A DNA stretch of 64,000 nt from an uncultured Desulfobacter sp. (GCA_963665095.1 OY762069.1:3104001-3168000); one strand, 5' to 3'; shown: positions 38,856 to 50,374, numbered from the stretch's first letter. The notes: a model not told the origin generated them from the sequence alone. Numbers and translations are program-made.

Positions 38856-40031
38856 ATGACCACTCCTGAACAAACTGTAAAAAATATTTTGGCCGCCCAT
38901 GAACCGTCGCTACTGGACGTTGTTCGCAAAATTCACGCAACACCGGAACTCTCCGAACAGGAGGTTCAGGCCTGTGCCTGGCTTTCAGACCTGCTCGATA
39001 CGTGGGGGTTTGATGTTGAGACCGGTTATAAAAACCTGCCAACCGCGTTTAACGCCACAGCCGGGAAGGATGGTCCCCATGTCTGCTTCATGGCTGAATA
39101 TGATGCCCTGCCGGGCATTGGCCACGGATGCGGACACAACCTCATTGCCGGCGTGGCTTTAGGTGCCGGTGTGGCGCTTAAAGGTCTTCTTGAACAGCAC
39201 GGCGTACCGGGCCGGGTCACGGTTATGGGTACCCCAGCCGAAGAGGTTCGGGGGGCTAAAATTGACCTGATCAAAGCAGGCGCCCTTGAAGATGTGGATC
39301 TGGCACTCATGGCCCATCCCACCAATTACGCCACAGCCCCCTATGCCGGAGAGTCTGGCATTATCCAGTTTAATGTGTGCTATGCCGGCCGGACATCCCA
39401 TGCGGCAGATGCCCCGGAAAAAGGGCTGAATGCCCTGGATGCCATACGGCTTTTGTTCACTGGCGTGGATGCCTGGCGCCAGCAGATGACGGAAACCAGT
39501 CGGGTTCATGGTGTTATCCGGGACGGCGGTCAGGCCCCCAACATTATTCCCGACCATGCTGCAGCGGAATTCTATCTGCGTGCCTTTGACCAGGAACTGC
39601 TCACGGCCATGCGCCGTCGGTTTGAAAATATTGCCAAAGGTGCGGCACTTATGACAGATACCGTTCTCACCCTGGAGGAAATCCCCAACCCATACAAACC
39701 CGGGAAACCCAATGAGCCCGTCAATCAGATGTTTTTTGAGCTGGCACAGAAAGAAGAAATGGCACCGGAATGGATGGAGCCTAGCAGAGGTTCTTCGGAT
39801 TTCGGGGATGTGACCTATGAGGTGCCCGGCATGCATGCCTACTTTAATATCTCAGGAAACGATCCGGATATCATCATCCACTCCAGACAGTTTACTGACG
39901 CGTCAGCAACGGATTTTGCATTTTCCCAGATGAATAAAATGGCCAGGATCCTTGCCCGGATTGGCTGGGCATTCATAACAGAACCCAATTTCAGGAACAA
40001 GGTGCAGGAGGCCTTCCCTTTTGACCGATAG
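38856..40031 (+). CDS. M20-family amidohydrolase
   Basis: [25 protein letters not shown] and GSSDFG. Confidence 0.9.
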   Translation: MTTPEQTVKNILAAHEPSLLDVVRKIHATPELSEQEVQACAWLSDLLDTWGFDVETGYKNLPTAFNATAGKDGPHVCFMAEYDALPGIGHGCGHNLIAGVALGAGVALKGLLEQHGVPGRVTVMGTPAEEVRGAKIDLIKAGALEDVDLALMAHPTNYATAPYAGESGIIQFNVCYAGRTSHAADAPEKGLNALDAIRLLFTGVDAWRQQMTETSRVHGVIRDGGQAPNIIPDHAAAEFYLRAFDQELLTAMRRRFENIAKGAALMTDTVLTLEEIPNPYKPGKPNEPVNQMFFELAQKEEMAPEWMEPSRGSSDFGDVTYEVPGMHAYFNISGNDPDIIIHSRQFTDASATDFAFSQMNKMARILARIGWAFITEPNFRNKVQEAFPFDR

Positions 40032-40800
40032 ACAGCAATCCCCTACCCTGACCGTAACAGACCTTCACAAACGATTTGGCAGCAATGAAGTCCTTAAAGG
40101 CGTCGGTATGACAGCCAATAAAGGGGATGTCATCTCAATCCTGGGTTCCAGCGGCTCAGGCAAGAGCACCATGCTGCGCTGCATTAATTTTCTTGAAATG
40201 CCCGATGAAGGCAGAATCGTAGTTTGCGGTGAAGAGATTATCATGGGCAAGGACCGCAAAGGCGCGCCACAGCCAAAAGACATCCGCCAGGTCGAACGTA
40301 TCCGCACCAAACTTGCCATGGTATTCCAGCAGTTTAACCTGTGGAGTCACATGACTATTCTGGAAAATGTCACCAAAGCCCCGATGCATGTCCAGAAACT
40401 TTCCAAAGCGGAAGCAAAGGACAAGGCTGTCCATTACCTGGAAAAAGTGGGCATCGGGGATAAACTCAATGCCTATCCGGTTCAGCTGTCAGGCGGCCAG
40501 CAGCAGCGTGCCGCCATTGCCAGGGCCCTTGCCATGGAGCCAGAGGTCATGCTCTTTGATGAGCCCACATCGGCTCTGGACCCGGAGCTGGTTGGTGAGG
40601 TCTTAAGTGTTATGCAGGACCTGGCTGAAGAGGGCCGAACCATGGTGGTAGTGACCCATGAGATGGGTTTTGCCAAAGATGTCTCCTCAAAAATTATCTT
40701 TTTAAACAACGGCATTATTGAAGAAGAGGGTGCGCCGTCAGTGGTATTCCAGAATCCTGAATCTGTCAGGTTCAAAGAGTTCATTGCCGCCATCCGGTAA
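40021..40800 (+). CDS. Polar amino-acid ABC transporter ATPase (HisP/AotP-like)
   Basis: [17 protein letters not shown] and [11 protein letters not shown]. Confidence 0.93.
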   Translation: MTDRQQSPTLTVTDLHKRFGSNEVLKGVGMTANKGDVISILGSSGSGKSTMLRCINFLEMPDEGRIVVCGEEIIMGKDRKGAPQPKDIRQVERIRTKLAMVFQQFNLWSHMTILENVTKAPMHVQKLSKAEAKDKAVHYLEKVGIGDKLNAYPVQLSGGQQQRAAIARALAMEPEVMLFDEPTSALDPELVGEVLSVMQDLAEEGRTMVVVTHEMGFAKDVSSKIIFLNNGIIEEEGAPSVVFQNPESVRFKEFIAAIR

Positions 40801-40829
40801 AATTCACACTATAATAAGGAGAAGGGAAA

Positions 40830-41609
40830 ATGAAAAAAAGTATTGTACTTGGAATTTTTTTGGCGCTGGCACTGGCCTTGACTCCGGCATTTGCCAAAGA
40901 GTGGAAAGTGATCCGGGTGGGGGTGGAAGGCGCCTATCCTCCGTTCAGCAACGTGACACCTGACGGGAAACTGGTGGGGTTTGACATTGACATGGCCAAA
41001 GCCATTGTTGAAGCGGCCGGCGCAGAGTGCAAACTTGTGATGCAGGACTGGGACGGCATCATTCCGGCGCTTATTGCAGGCAAATATGACTGCATCGTTG
41101 CATCCATGTCAATTACCGAAGAACGTAAAAAAAAGGTGGCTTTCACCAACAAATACTACAACACGCCAGCCAAATTTGTGGCCAAAAAAGGACTGATCAA
41201 AAACTTCTCTCCGGAAGTAATCAAAGGAAAAACCATAGGCGTACAGCGCTCCACCATCCATGACAGCTTCCTTACCGATAACTACGGAGACAAGGTTACC
41301 ATCAAGCGTTACGGCACCCAGGACGAGCTATATCTGGACATTGCAGCAGGACGTATTGATATGCTTATCTGCGATTCCATTGCCGCGTCTGAAGGCTTTT
41401 TGAAAAAACCAGAAGGACAGGGCTTTGAATTTGTAGGACCGGACCTGACAGATCCAAAATGGTTTGGCATCGGGGCTGGTATTGCGTTGAGAAAACAGGA
41501 TACCGATCTTCAGAAACTCCTGAACACCGGCATAGATAAAATTCGTGCCAACGGCACCTACAAAAAGATCCAGGATAAATATTTCGACTTCAATATCTAC
41601 GGTGATTAA
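40830..41609 (+). CDS. Basic amino-acid ABC transporter periplasmic binding protein (ArgT/HisJ-like)
   Basis: Signal peptide, GVEGAYPPF, WDGIIPAL and SMSITEERKK. Confidence 0.92.
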   Translation: MKKSIVLGIFLALALALTPAFAKEWKVIRVGVEGAYPPFSNVTPDGKLVGFDIDMAKAIVEAAGAECKLVMQDWDGIIPALIAGKYDCIVASMSITEERKKKVAFTNKYYNTPAKFVAKKGLIKNFSPEVIKGKTIGVQRSTIHDSFLTDNYGDKVTIKRYGTQDELYLDIAAGRIDMLICDSIAASEGFLKKPEGQGFEFVGPDLTDPKWFGIGAGIALRKQDTDLQKLLNTGIDKIRANGTYKKIQDKYFDFNIYGD

Positions 41610-42298
41610 TGTCTTTTCTTCACGGATATGCCCCCATGATATTTAAGGGCACCTGGCTCACCATTGAGCTGTGCCTGTTCTCCCTCGGCATTGCCGTGAT
41701 CTTAGGTATGATCACGGCAATTGCCGACCTGTCCAGGTCCGGGCCGCTTGCGGCAGTGGCCCGGACTTACACCACCTTGATCCGCGGCGTGCCGGACCTG
41801 GTTCTTATGCTGCTGATCTATTACGGCGGGCAGGTTCTGGTCAACCGCCTGGCCCCCCTGGTGGGATATGAGGAATATATTGACGTCAATCCCTTTATTG
41901 CCGGCTCCCTCACCATCGGATTTATTTTCGGGGCATATATGGCTGAAACCTTCAGAGGTGCGATTCTGGCAGTACCGGAAGGGCAGCTGGAGGCAGGCCG
42001 TGCCTACGGCATGAGCGGAACCCAGGTATTTTTTATGATTCTTCTGCCCCAGATGGTCCGCCATGCCATCCCGGGATTTGGCAACAACTGGCTGGTTCTG
42101 ATGAAGGCCACGGCCCTGGTTTCCATTATCGGGCTGGAAGATGTGGTGCGCATGGCAGGCCTTGCAGCCGGGGCCACCAGAAAACCCTTTACCTTTTATC
42201 TTGCTGTGGCCCTGATTTATCTGGCCTTAACCAGCGTGTCAATTGTGGTTCTCAACTGGCTCAACAAGCGGTACAGCGCAGGGTTTACCAGGAGCTGA
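41609..42298 (+). CDS. Amino-acid ABC permease (HisQ-like)
   Basis: RGVPDLV, AETFRGAI..VP.GQ.EA. Confidence 0.92.
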   Translation: MSFLHGYAPMIFKGTWLTIELCLFSLGIAVILGMITAIADLSRSGPLAAVARTYTTLIRGVPDLVLMLLIYYGGQVLVNRLAPLVGYEEYIDVNPFIAGSLTIGFIFGAYMAETFRGAILAVPEGQLEAGRAYGMSGTQVFFMILLPQMVRHAIPGFGNNWLVLMKATALVSIIGLEDVVRMAGLAAGATRKPFTFYLAVALIYLALTSVSIVVLNWLNKRYSAGFTRS

Positions 42299-42299
42299 C

Positions 42300-42983
42300 A
42301 TGGATTTTTCAATAATTTTCGAAAATATCGGCATGTATTTCGGAGGGCTTAAAACCACTTTGGTCCTGGTGGCTCTTGCCCTTGTTATCGGGCTTGCATG
42401 CGCCATTCCTTTAGCTGTTATCCGGTCCTCCGGAAACCGGTTTCTCTCTTTTCCCGTTCAGGTATATACCTATTTTTTCCGGGGCACTCCCATGCTGGTC
42501 CAGATGTTTATGATATATTACGGCATGGCCCAGTTTGAGGCAGTGAAGGCCTCTTTTCTATGGCCTTTTTTCAAGGATGCCTGGTTTTGCGCACTTGTGG
42601 CATTTACCCTGAACACCTGCGCCTATACCACGGAAATCATCCGGGGGGCCATTGAAAACACCCCCCACGGTGAAATTGAAGCGGCCAAGGCTGTTGGTAT
42701 GTCCCTTGGACAGAGACTGCGGCACGTGATTCTTCCCAGCGCCTTTCGCCGGGCACTTCCCTCCTACAGCAACGAGGTGATCTTCATGCTGCACGGCTCG
42801 GCCATTGCCAGCACTATCACCATTATGGATCTGACAGGTGTGGCCCGGCAGATATACTCGCGGTACTACAGCCCCTATGAGGCGTTTATCACAGCTGCGC
42901 TGTTTTATCTTTGCACCACCTTTGTCATTGTCTTCTTTGTCAAGCGCCTGGAAAAAAGATGGTACGCCCATCTGGCCCGGTAG
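42300..42983 (+). CDS. Amino-acid ABC permease (HisM-like)
   Basis: FRGTPMLVQ, AYTTEIIRG and ALP.YSNE; GGAG RBS before ATG 42300. Confidence 0.92.
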   Translation: MDFSIIFENIGMYFGGLKTTLVLVALALVIGLACAIPLAVIRSSGNRFLSFPVQVYTYFFRGTPMLVQMFMIYYGMAQFEAVKASFLWPFFKDAWFCALVAFTLNTCAYTTEIIRGAIENTPHGEIEAAKAVGMSLGQRLRHVILPSAFRRALPSYSNEVIFMLHGSAIASTITIMDLTGVARQIYSRYYSPYEAFITAALFYLCTTFVIVFFVKRLEKRWYAHLAR

Positions 42984-43244
42984 TAAAAACAATTTCCCGG
43001 TCCGGATAAATTTCGCAAGCCTTCAGCGTTCCGGACCGGAGCAATTCCAATCGTAATCCCTCTGGGTGTGACGCCCCATTGTCTTTCTATCAAAAAAATT
43101 GGCACAGCCGTTCCTGCTTCATTCCTGCTTTTGATTCAAAATGAATTTATACAAAAGATTTTTACACTATTGATTTTCATGGGCGACGGCGTTAATGAAA
43201 GGGGTTGGATTCAAAAATGATAACCTCTAACAGAAAGGTATAAA

Positions 43245-44333
43245 ATGACAGACCAAAGAATTTACAACTTCAATGCCGGACCGGCAGCGCTGCCTTTGTC
43301 AGTCCTTGAGGAAATTCAGGCCTCTTTCCTGAATTTCAATAATTCAGGCATGTCCATCACAGAAATCAGCCATAGATCGTCCTATTTTGATGATGTTATC
43401 AATGATGCAGTGGAGCGGACCAAACGTCTTTTAGGCCTGGATGATCAATACCACGTCCTTTTTATCCAGGGCGGTGCATCGCTGCAGTTTGCCATGATAC
43501 CCATGAATTTCCTTTCCGGGGATCAAAGTGCCGACTATATCAATACCGGAACCTGGTCCACCAAGGCGATTAAAGAGGCAAAGATCCAGAATAAAAACCA
43601 TGTGGTTGTGGCATCTTCCGAGGACAGGGATTTTTCATACATCCCTGAAAATATTCCCTTCAGCAAAGATGCAAAATATGTCCATATCACGTCCAACAAC
43701 ACCATTAAGGGGACCCAGTTTGCAAGCTTCCCTGATACCGGCGGAATTCCGCTGGTTGCCGATATGTCCTCTGATATTTTTTCAAGACCCCTTCCCATGG
43801 ACAAATTCGGCATGGTCTATGCCGGGGCCCAGAAAAACTTAGGCCCTTCCGGGACCTGCATGGTGATTCTGCGCAAGGATCTTCTGGAGACAGCCAATCC
43901 GGATCTGCCCTCCATGCTGAAATATTCCACCTATGCGGATAAAAATTCCATGTATAATACCCCGCCCTGCTTCGGCATTTACACCATTGACCTGGTGCTG
44001 AAATGGATCGAAGAGGAGATGGGCGGTCTTGAAAAAGTAGAGGCTTTTAATAAGGAAAAAGCAGGGCTCCTATACGATTTTATCGATGCCAGCAATTTTT
44101 ACCGGGCAACGGCCAGGCAGGACTCCAGATCCCTGATGAACGTGACCTTCCGTCTGCCAAGTGAAGAGCTGGAACAAAAATTTATTAAAGAGGCTACTGC
44201 CAAAGGCCTTGGCGGTCTCAAAGGCCACAGGTCCGTGGGCGGATGCCGGGCATCCATTTATAATGCCGCCACCATGGAAGGCATAAAAGCCTTGATTGAA
44301 TTTATGGAGACCTTTCAAAAGGAGGCCAAATAA
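43245..44333 (+). CDS. serC: Phosphoserine aminotransferase
   Basis: YNFNAGPAALP, SHRS, YAGAQKNLGP, NTPP and GHRSVGG.RAS. Confidence 0.97.
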   Translation: MTDQRIYNFNAGPAALPLSVLEEIQASFLNFNNSGMSITEISHRSSYFDDVINDAVERTKRLLGLDDQYHVLFIQGGASLQFAMIPMNFLSGDQSADYINTGTWSTKAIKEAKIQNKNHVVVASSEDRDFSYIPENIPFSKDAKYVHITSNNTIKGTQFASFPDTGGIPLVADMSSDIFSRPLPMDKFGMVYAGAQKNLGPSGTCMVILRKDLLETANPDLPSMLKYSTYADKNSMYNTPPCFGIYTIDLVLKWIEEEMGGLEKVEAFNKEKAGLLYDFIDASNFYRATARQDSRSLMNVTFRLPSEELEQKFIKEATAKGLGGLKGHRSVGGCRASIYNAATMEGIKALIEFMETFQKEAK

Positions 44334-45916
44334 TGAAGGTGCTTGTCAGTGATAAAATGGATGAAGCGGGCATTGATATTTTCAAAAACCAGGAAGGCAT
44401 TGATGTGGATGTCAACACCGGGCTTTCACCTGACGCGCTTAAAGAGATCATCGGACAATACGATGCTCTGGCCATCAGAAGCGCCACCAAGGTCACGGCA
44501 GACCTGCTGGAGGCGGCTGGCAACCTGAAAGTTATTGCACGGGCCGGTATCGGCCTGGATAACGTGGACATTGATGCGGCCACCAAGAAAGGGATCGCGG
44601 TCATGAACACGCCTGGCGGCAATACCGTGACCACGGCGGAGCATGCCATTGCCATGATGATGGCCCTGACTCGGAATATTCCCAGGGGTACGGCGTCTCT
44701 CAAAGCGGGTCGATGGGATAAAAAACTGCTCCAGGGCCGGGAAATTTTCAATAAGACCCTGGGCGTGGTGGGCTACGGCAATATCGGTTCCATTGCCGCC
44801 GGCCTTGCCAAGGGCTTAAGAATGAATGTCATTGTTTATGACCCAAATATCTCCTCTGAGCATATTGAAAAGGCAGGGTTTGAATATGTAACCCTGGACG
44901 AGCTTTATGCCCGGTCCGATTATATTACCATCCATGTACCCAAAATGGATGCCACCATTGATCTTCTGGATGCCCAGGCTTTTGAAAAAATGAAACCAGG
45001 GGTTATGGTGATCAACTGCGCCAGGGGAGGAATTGTCAACGAAGAGGCCCTGCATGCCGCCATCCAGTCCGGCAAAGTGGCAGGTGCGGCCCTTGATGTA
45101 TTTTCCGTTGAACCCCCGTCCGCAGATCATCCGCTGCTGCTGCTGGACCAGGTGATTGCCACGCCCCATCTCGGGGCCTCCACCAAAGAAGCCCAGACCA
45201 ACGTGTCTGTAGCAGCTGCCAACCAGATTATCGCCTATCTGCTGAAAGATACCATCATCAATGCCGTAAACGTACCCTCAGTGACCGGGGATGTCCTCAA
45301 ACAGTTGAGTCCTTTCCTCTACCTGGTTGAAAAAATGGGAAAAATGCAGGCCCAAATCACCAAGGGAGGTGTGCGTGAAGTCAACATTGAATATATCGGC
45401 AAATTCCCTGATCTGGATCTTAAACCTTTGACCATTACCGGAATCAAAGGCCTTTTAAACGAATTTGTCAGAGACGAGGTCAACTCGGTAAATGCCATCT
45501 CCCTGGCCAATGAGATGGGGATAAAAATCACGGAATCCACCTCCCAGGAGGCCGGCAACTTCCTGAACCTGATCCGGATGACTGTCACCACTGATACCCA
45601 GACCAATATCCTGGAAGGCACCATCTTTGGCAAGGATGATGCCCGGATTGTACGGATTAACAAATTCCGCCTGGAAGTAATTCCCGAGGGCCACCTGGGC
45701 CTGATTCACAATGTGGATAAGCCCGGTTCCATCGGTTCCATCGGCCAAAAATTAGGAGAACACAAAATTAATATTGGAAGAATGATGGTGGGACGTGAGG
45801 ATGACGGAGAAAGAAACATCATATTCCTCAGAACCGACACCTCTATTCCGCCTGATGTAGTTAAAGAGATTGCCGATCTTGAGCTTGTTGTCAGCATGAC
45901 CACGTTTGAACTCTAA
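44333..45916 (+). CDS. serA: D-3-phosphoglycerate dehydrogenase (long form with ACT domain)
   Basis: RAGIGLDNVD, GYGNIG, NCARGG and TPHLGAST. Confidence 0.97.
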   Translation: MKVLVSDKMDEAGIDIFKNQEGIDVDVNTGLSPDALKEIIGQYDALAIRSATKVTADLLEAAGNLKVIARAGIGLDNVDIDAATKKGIAVMNTPGGNTVTTAEHAIAMMMALTRNIPRGTASLKAGRWDKKLLQGREIFNKTLGVVGYGNIGSIAAGLAKGLRMNVIVYDPNISSEHIEKAGFEYVTLDELYARSDYITIHVPKMDATIDLLDAQAFEKMKPGVMVINCARGGIVNEEALHAAIQSGKVAGAALDVFSVEPPSADHPLLLLDQVIATPHLGASTKEAQTNVSVAAANQIIAYLLKDTIINAVNVPSVTGDVLKQLSPFLYLVEKMGKMQAQITKGGVREVNIEYIGKFPDLDLKPLTITGIKGLLNEFVRDEVNSVNAISLANEMGIKITESTSQEAGNFLNLIRMTVTTDTQTNILEGTIFGKDDARIVRINKFRLEVIPEGHLGLIHNVDKPGSIGSIGQKLGEHKINIGRMMVGREDDGERNIIFLRTDTSIPPDVVKEIADLELVVSMTTFEL

Positions 45917-45936
45917 TTCCCTTTGATAAATCACTG

Positions 45937-45979
45937 TCAGGATCGCTATCGAACCAGTGTTTTCAATAGCGATCCTGAT
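45937..45979. terminator. Hairpin after serA, probable terminator
   Basis: TCAGGATCGCTAT...ATAGCGATCCTGA inverted repeat; no strong U-tract. Confidence 0.5.
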
Positions 45980-46046
45980 CCCGGCAGCCACAGCCATCTG
46001 AATCCCGACGCCCGGTTTTAACCCCTGAAAAAATCAATTTAAGTGA

Positions 46047-46436
46047 TTTATCCTTAGAGCCAGATACGCAGTTCTCTGTATCGGAATATTGCTTACCACG
46101 ACCAATGCCTTTGCATCTGCCATGCAGGATTTTAATTTAATCGTTCTTGGAGATCTTACCGGCACCAGTGAGTATGCAGATAAAATTGTATGTTATTTCC
46201 CGGAATTGGAAACTTTGACAATAACTGTGCTGTATGGATCTGTATTTGCTCCGACAACAGACCTGACGATTGGTGCCGCCGAGATAAACGGCTCAGTGGT
46301 TGCCGACAATGTCGAGCTTAATGGAGAAGTCCATCTACCCTACGCCTCCTGGGACAGCCAAAACACCGTTCCCGAACCGGCCACCGTACTGTTGCTCGGG
46401 TTAGGAATCCTTTCCTTGGTTTTACAGGTGGCCTGA
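46047..46436 (+). pseudogene. Remnant of a choice-of-anchor-A / PEP-CTERM exported protein
   Basis: FNLIVLGDL joined directly to GSVFAP...INGSVVA...EVH; VPEPATVLLLGLG sorting signal without the basic tail; in-frame signal-peptide-like stretch begins after a TGA with no ATG. Confidence 0.55.
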
Positions 46437-46670
46437 GGCGCCAAACACGGCAACGGTAACCCCAATATTTCACCAAATTCAGGTTGATTTGGCTTTTTCT
46501 TTTTGAAACGCACTTATTTCAATGGTGAATTAGAATCCCTGCTTTCCCATGCTGTCGACATTTATAATAAAATTCCCATGACTGCCAAACCCCGGGCTTG
46601 AAAAAGTGTCGGTAAATCCTTATATTGGTGTGTTATTTTTTAACCGTGAACCAATAAAGAGGGGCGGAAA

Positions 46671-46925
46671 ATGCCGATTTATGAATATACCTGCAACGCC
46701 TGCGGGAAAAACTTTGAAACCCTGGTGATGGGCAGTGACACCCCCCAGTGCCCGGCATGCAGCAGCGAAGACCTGGCAAGGCTGATGTCAAAATGCGGAT
46801 TTGTCTCCAAATCCCAGGGACCCGGCGGCCAGATTCAGACCACCACCTCAGCAGGCAGTTCCGGATGTGCCGGCTGTACATCCAGCAATTGCAGTTCCTG
46901 CAGTATCAGCTCAAGTATTGGATAA
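46671..46925 (+). CDS. FmdB-family zinc-ribbon protein
   Basis: MPIYEYTC..CG..FE, CP.C and C-terminal C..C....C..C. Confidence 0.9.
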   Translation: MPIYEYTCNACGKNFETLVMGSDTPQCPACSSEDLARLMSKCGFVSKSQGPGGQIQTTTSAGSSGCAGCTSSNCSSCSISSSIG

Positions 46926-46927
46926 CC

Positions 46928-47869
46928 ATGAAATCAAGCATTATCATCGGCACCCGGGGAAGTGCACTCGCCCTGTGGCAGACCAATTACGTAAAATCCT
47001 GTATTGAAACCGCATTCCCGGACACCCGGGTTGAAACCTTAATTATCAAAACCACGGGAGACCGGATTACGGACCGGCCCCTTTCCATGGTGGGCGGCAA
47101 GGGCCTTTTTGTCAAAGAGATTGAGGCAGCTCTTTTAGACGGCACCATTGATATGGCTGTCCACTCCATGAAGGATATGCCGGGGTATCTGCCCCGGGGT
47201 CTTGTGATCGGGGCCGTACCCAAACGGGCCAACCCCTTTGACGCGCTTATATCCGGGAAGGGCGCACTGTTTGAAGAATATCCGCAGGGCGCTGTCATTG
47301 GGACCTCCAGCCTTCGGCGGGGCTCCCAGCTGAAGTATTTGCGGCCAGACCTTAAGATCAAATCCATCCGTGGAAACCTGGATACCCGCCTTAAAAAGCT
47401 GAAAACCGGTGAATATGATGCCATTGTTCTGGCAGCTGCCGGTCTGCAGCGCCTGGGCCAGGCAGAGGAAATCACTGAAATCCTGTCGGAAGACCAGATG
47501 GTGCCGGCCGTGGGCCAGGGAGCGTTGTGCATTGAAGCCAGGGGAAACGATTATGAAGTATCACCTTATTTAACGGCCCTGGACCATGGTCCTACACGGA
47601 TCTGTGTCACAGCAGAGCGTGCATTTCTAAGAGAAATTGAAGGCAGCTGCCACATTCCTGTGGGCTGTTTCGGCAAAATACAAAACAACCAGATACATCT
47701 CACAGCGGTTGTGGCCTCTGAAAACGGGCAGACACTGATCAAAGAGAGCATAGACACGCCCCTCAATGACATTATCCCAAGTGGCCGGAATCTTGCAAAA
47801 CTTGTTCTTGAAAAAGGCGGACAACGTATATTGGAGGCGCTGAAGTCAAATGACGCAACCCAGGGGTAA
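46928..47869 (+). CDS. hemC: Porphobilinogen deaminase
   Basis: IGTRGS.LALWQ, GGKGLFVKE, HSMKD, GTSSLRR and EGSCHIP. Confidence 0.97.
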   Translation: MKSSIIIGTRGSALALWQTNYVKSCIETAFPDTRVETLIIKTTGDRITDRPLSMVGGKGLFVKEIEAALLDGTIDMAVHSMKDMPGYLPRGLVIGAVPKRANPFDALISGKGALFEEYPQGAVIGTSSLRRGSQLKYLRPDLKIKSIRGNLDTRLKKLKTGEYDAIVLAAAGLQRLGQAEEITEILSEDQMVPAVGQGALCIEARGNDYEVSPYLTALDHGPTRICVTAERAFLREIEGSCHIPVGCFGKIQNNQIHLTAVVASENGQTLIKESIDTPLNDIIPSGRNLAKLVLEKGGQRILEALKSNDATQG

Positions 47870-49394
47870 AGTATTTCTCATTGGTGCAGGCCCCGGTGAT
47901 CCAGGCCTTATCACCCTGAAAGCAAAAGAGTGCATCGAAACAGCGGATGTGGTGGTGTATGATTACCTGGCCTCACCCTATCTTCTGGACTATGCCCGCA
48001 AAGACGCTGAAATTATCTATGTGGGTAAAAAAGGCGGGGACCATACCCTAACTCAGGATAAAATTAATTTTTTGCTGGTGGAAAAGGCAAGACTTGGTAA
48101 AAATGTGGCCCGGCTCAAGGGCGGAGATCCCTTCGTTTTCGGACGCGGCGGAGAAGAGGCCCAGGAGCTTCTGGCTGACGGCATTGATTACGAGGTGATC
48201 CCCGGTGTCACATCTGCTGTGGCTGCACCTGCCTATGCCGGCATTCCTGTGACCCACAGAGACCACACCTCTTTTGTATCATTTATTACCGGCCATGAAC
48301 GGCCGGATAAAAAAGAGTCACGGATGCAGTGGGATGTGTTTGCCAAATCAGACGCCACCCTGGTGTTTCTGATGGGGGTTAAAAACCTGCCTAATATTGC
48401 GGCCAAACTCATTGAACACGGCAAGCCGTCTGATACCCCTGTGGCGTTAGTCAGATGGGGGACCACCACACGACAGCAGACGGTAACAGGCACTCTTGCC
48501 ACTATTGTGGAAGAGGTTGAAAAGGCACAACTCAAGTCGCCTGCCATTATTGTAGTCGGTCATGTGGTGTCGCTCAGGGAGGAACTGGCCTGGTTTGACA
48601 GAAAACCACTGTTCGGTAAAAAAATTGTGATCACCAGGGCCCGTGCCCAGGCCTCGGGCCTGGTGGCCGAGCTTGGCCGTTTAGGTGCCCAGTGCATTGA
48701 AATTCCCACCATTAAAATTGCCCCGCCGGAAGACTTAAGTCCCCTGGCAGAGGCCATTGACCATATAGACCGCTATGATTGGCTGGTACTCACCTCTGTC
48801 AACGGGGTCAAATTTTTCTTTGATACCCTTTTTGCCAAGGGGAAAGATGTCCGGGCCTTAGGCCACCTGAAATTTGCTTGCATCGGCCCTGTGACCAAAG
48901 AGCGGCTTAAGGATTACGGAATCATCTGTGACATTCTGCCTGAAACCTATCGGGCGGAATCTGTTATTGACGCGTTTACTGATCTGAATATGACAGGGAA
49001 AAATATCCTGCTCCCCCGGGCTAAAAAGGCCAGAACCATTCTACCTGAAGAACTGACCCGAATGGGGGCTGTGGTGGACGAAGTCACGGCTTATGAAACC
49101 CGGCTGGATGACACGGGAAAAAACCTTCTTGTGGAAATGCTGAAAAACAAAGAGATTGATGCGGTCACCTTTACCTCATCATCCACTGTGACCAACTTCA
49201 TGACCCTGCTTGAAGGGCAGGAGGCCCCTGCTCTGCTTGACAGTGTTGCCCTTGCCAGCATCGGCCCCATAACATCGGACACCATCCGGGAGGTTGGGCT
49301 GACACCGGACATGGAAGCCGATCCCTATACCATTAACGGCTTGATTGATGCCCTTTTGGAATACTGGGCAGGTAAGACTGGTGCAGCGTCGTGA
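47850..49394 (+). CDS. cobA: Uroporphyrinogen-III methyltransferase/synthase fusion (CobA-HemD)
   Basis: GAGPGDPGL, RLKGGDPFVFGRGGEE; HemD part TSVNGV, FTSSSTV and IGPIT. Confidence 0.95.
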   Translation: MTQPRGKVFLIGAGPGDPGLITLKAKECIETADVVVYDYLASPYLLDYARKDAEIIYVGKKGGDHTLTQDKINFLLVEKARLGKNVARLKGGDPFVFGRGGEEAQELLADGIDYEVIPGVTSAVAAPAYAGIPVTHRDHTSFVSFITGHERPDKKESRMQWDVFAKSDATLVFLMGVKNLPNIAAKLIEHGKPSDTPVALVRWGTTTRQQTVTGTLATIVEEVEKAQLKSPAIIVVGHVVSLREELAWFDRKPLFGKKIVITRARAQASGLVAELGRLGAQCIEIPTIKIAPPEDLSPLAEAIDHIDRYDWLVLTSVNGVKFFFDTLFAKGKDVRALGHLKFACIGPVTKERLKDYGIICDILPETYRAESVIDAFTDLNMTGKNILLPRAKKARTILPEELTRMGAVVDEVTAYETRLDDTGKNLLVEMLKNKEIDAVTFTSSSTVTNFMTLLEGQEAPALLDSVALASIGPITSDTIREVGLTPDMEADPYTINGLIDALLEYWAGKTGAAS

Positions 49395-50374
49395 TCTCCG
49401 GTTCAAGGCATATTAATTACCTGAGAATTTCTATCACGGACAGGTGTAATTTCAGATGCCGGTACTGCGTACCGGATACCGGCATTCATGTCATTTCCCA
49501 CGACCAGATTGCAAGATATGAGGAGATCCTGAGAATCACACGCCTGGGCTGCGAAATGGGCATCACCAAGGTGAGGGTTACAGGCGGAGAACCCTTTGTG
49601 CGTAAAGGCATATTTCTGTTTCTTGAACAGTTGTGCCGCATTCCTCAACTAGAAGATATCTCCATCACTACCAATGGATCACAATTGGACCCGGATAAAA
49701 TAAAAGTCTTGAAGGAGATGGGAATACGCCGGCTTAACTTCAGTCTGGACACCCTGGTTCCGGAAAAATTTACCCAAATCACAGGCAGGGACAGATTTCA
49801 CAAGGTGTTTCGGGCTATAATGGCCGCCCATGAATTGGGTATAACCCCCATAAAGATTAATACGGTGGCATTAAAGGGATTCAATGATGACGAATTGGCT
49901 GACCTGGCCGGCCTGACGCTCAAGTATCCCTTTCATGTCCGGTTCATTGAGTATATGCCCATGGGAAACCTGATGGTCCAAAGAGACCCGCAGATCCTTA
50001 CCCGGGAAATCCGGAAACGAATCAGCGATGTCCACGGCCCATTAACTGCTATCTCCAGGGGGAAACATGACGGCCCGGCAAAGCCCTATAGACTTATAGA
50101 TGCACCCGGAGTTATCGGTTTCATTACTCCGGTCAGTTCCCATTTCTGTGCAGAATGCAACCGATTACGTCTCACCTCCCGTGGGACATTGCGGCCGTGT
50201 CTTTTGCAAAACAATGAAACTGATATCCTATCCCCCCTTCGCAATGGTGCTGATGACAGGCAGTTAAAAATGATCATTGAAGAGGCAATAAAAAACAAAC
50301 CATTGTCCCATAACCTGGACAAACGTGCAGCACAGGATGTTCCTTTAAATCAGATGACATCCATTGGCGGTTAA
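49391..50374 (+). CDS. moaA: GTP 3',8-cyclase
   Basis: YLRISITDRCNFRCRYC, TGGEP, FC..CNRLR..G.LRPCL and C-terminal MTSIGG. Confidence 0.95.
   Translation: MISGSRHINYLRISITDRCNFRCRYCVPDTGIHVISHDQIARYEEILRITRLGCEMGITKVRVTGGEPFVRKGIFLFLEQLCRIPQLEDISITTNGSQLDPDKIKVLKEMGIRRLNFSLDTLVPEKFTQITGRDRFHKVFRAIMAAHELGITPIKINTVALKGFNDDELADLAGLTLKYPFHVRFIEYMPMGNLMVQRDPQILTREIRKRISDVHGPLTAISRGKHDGPAKPYRLIDAPGVIGFITPVSSHFCAECNRLRLTSRGTLRPCLLQNNETDILSPLRNGADDRQLKMIIEEAIKNKPLSHNLDKRAAQDVPLNQMTSIGG

Noticed and set aside
43100..43118. TTGGCAC sigma54-like site upstream of serC
   Set aside because: The -12 position reads TTCC instead of TTGC
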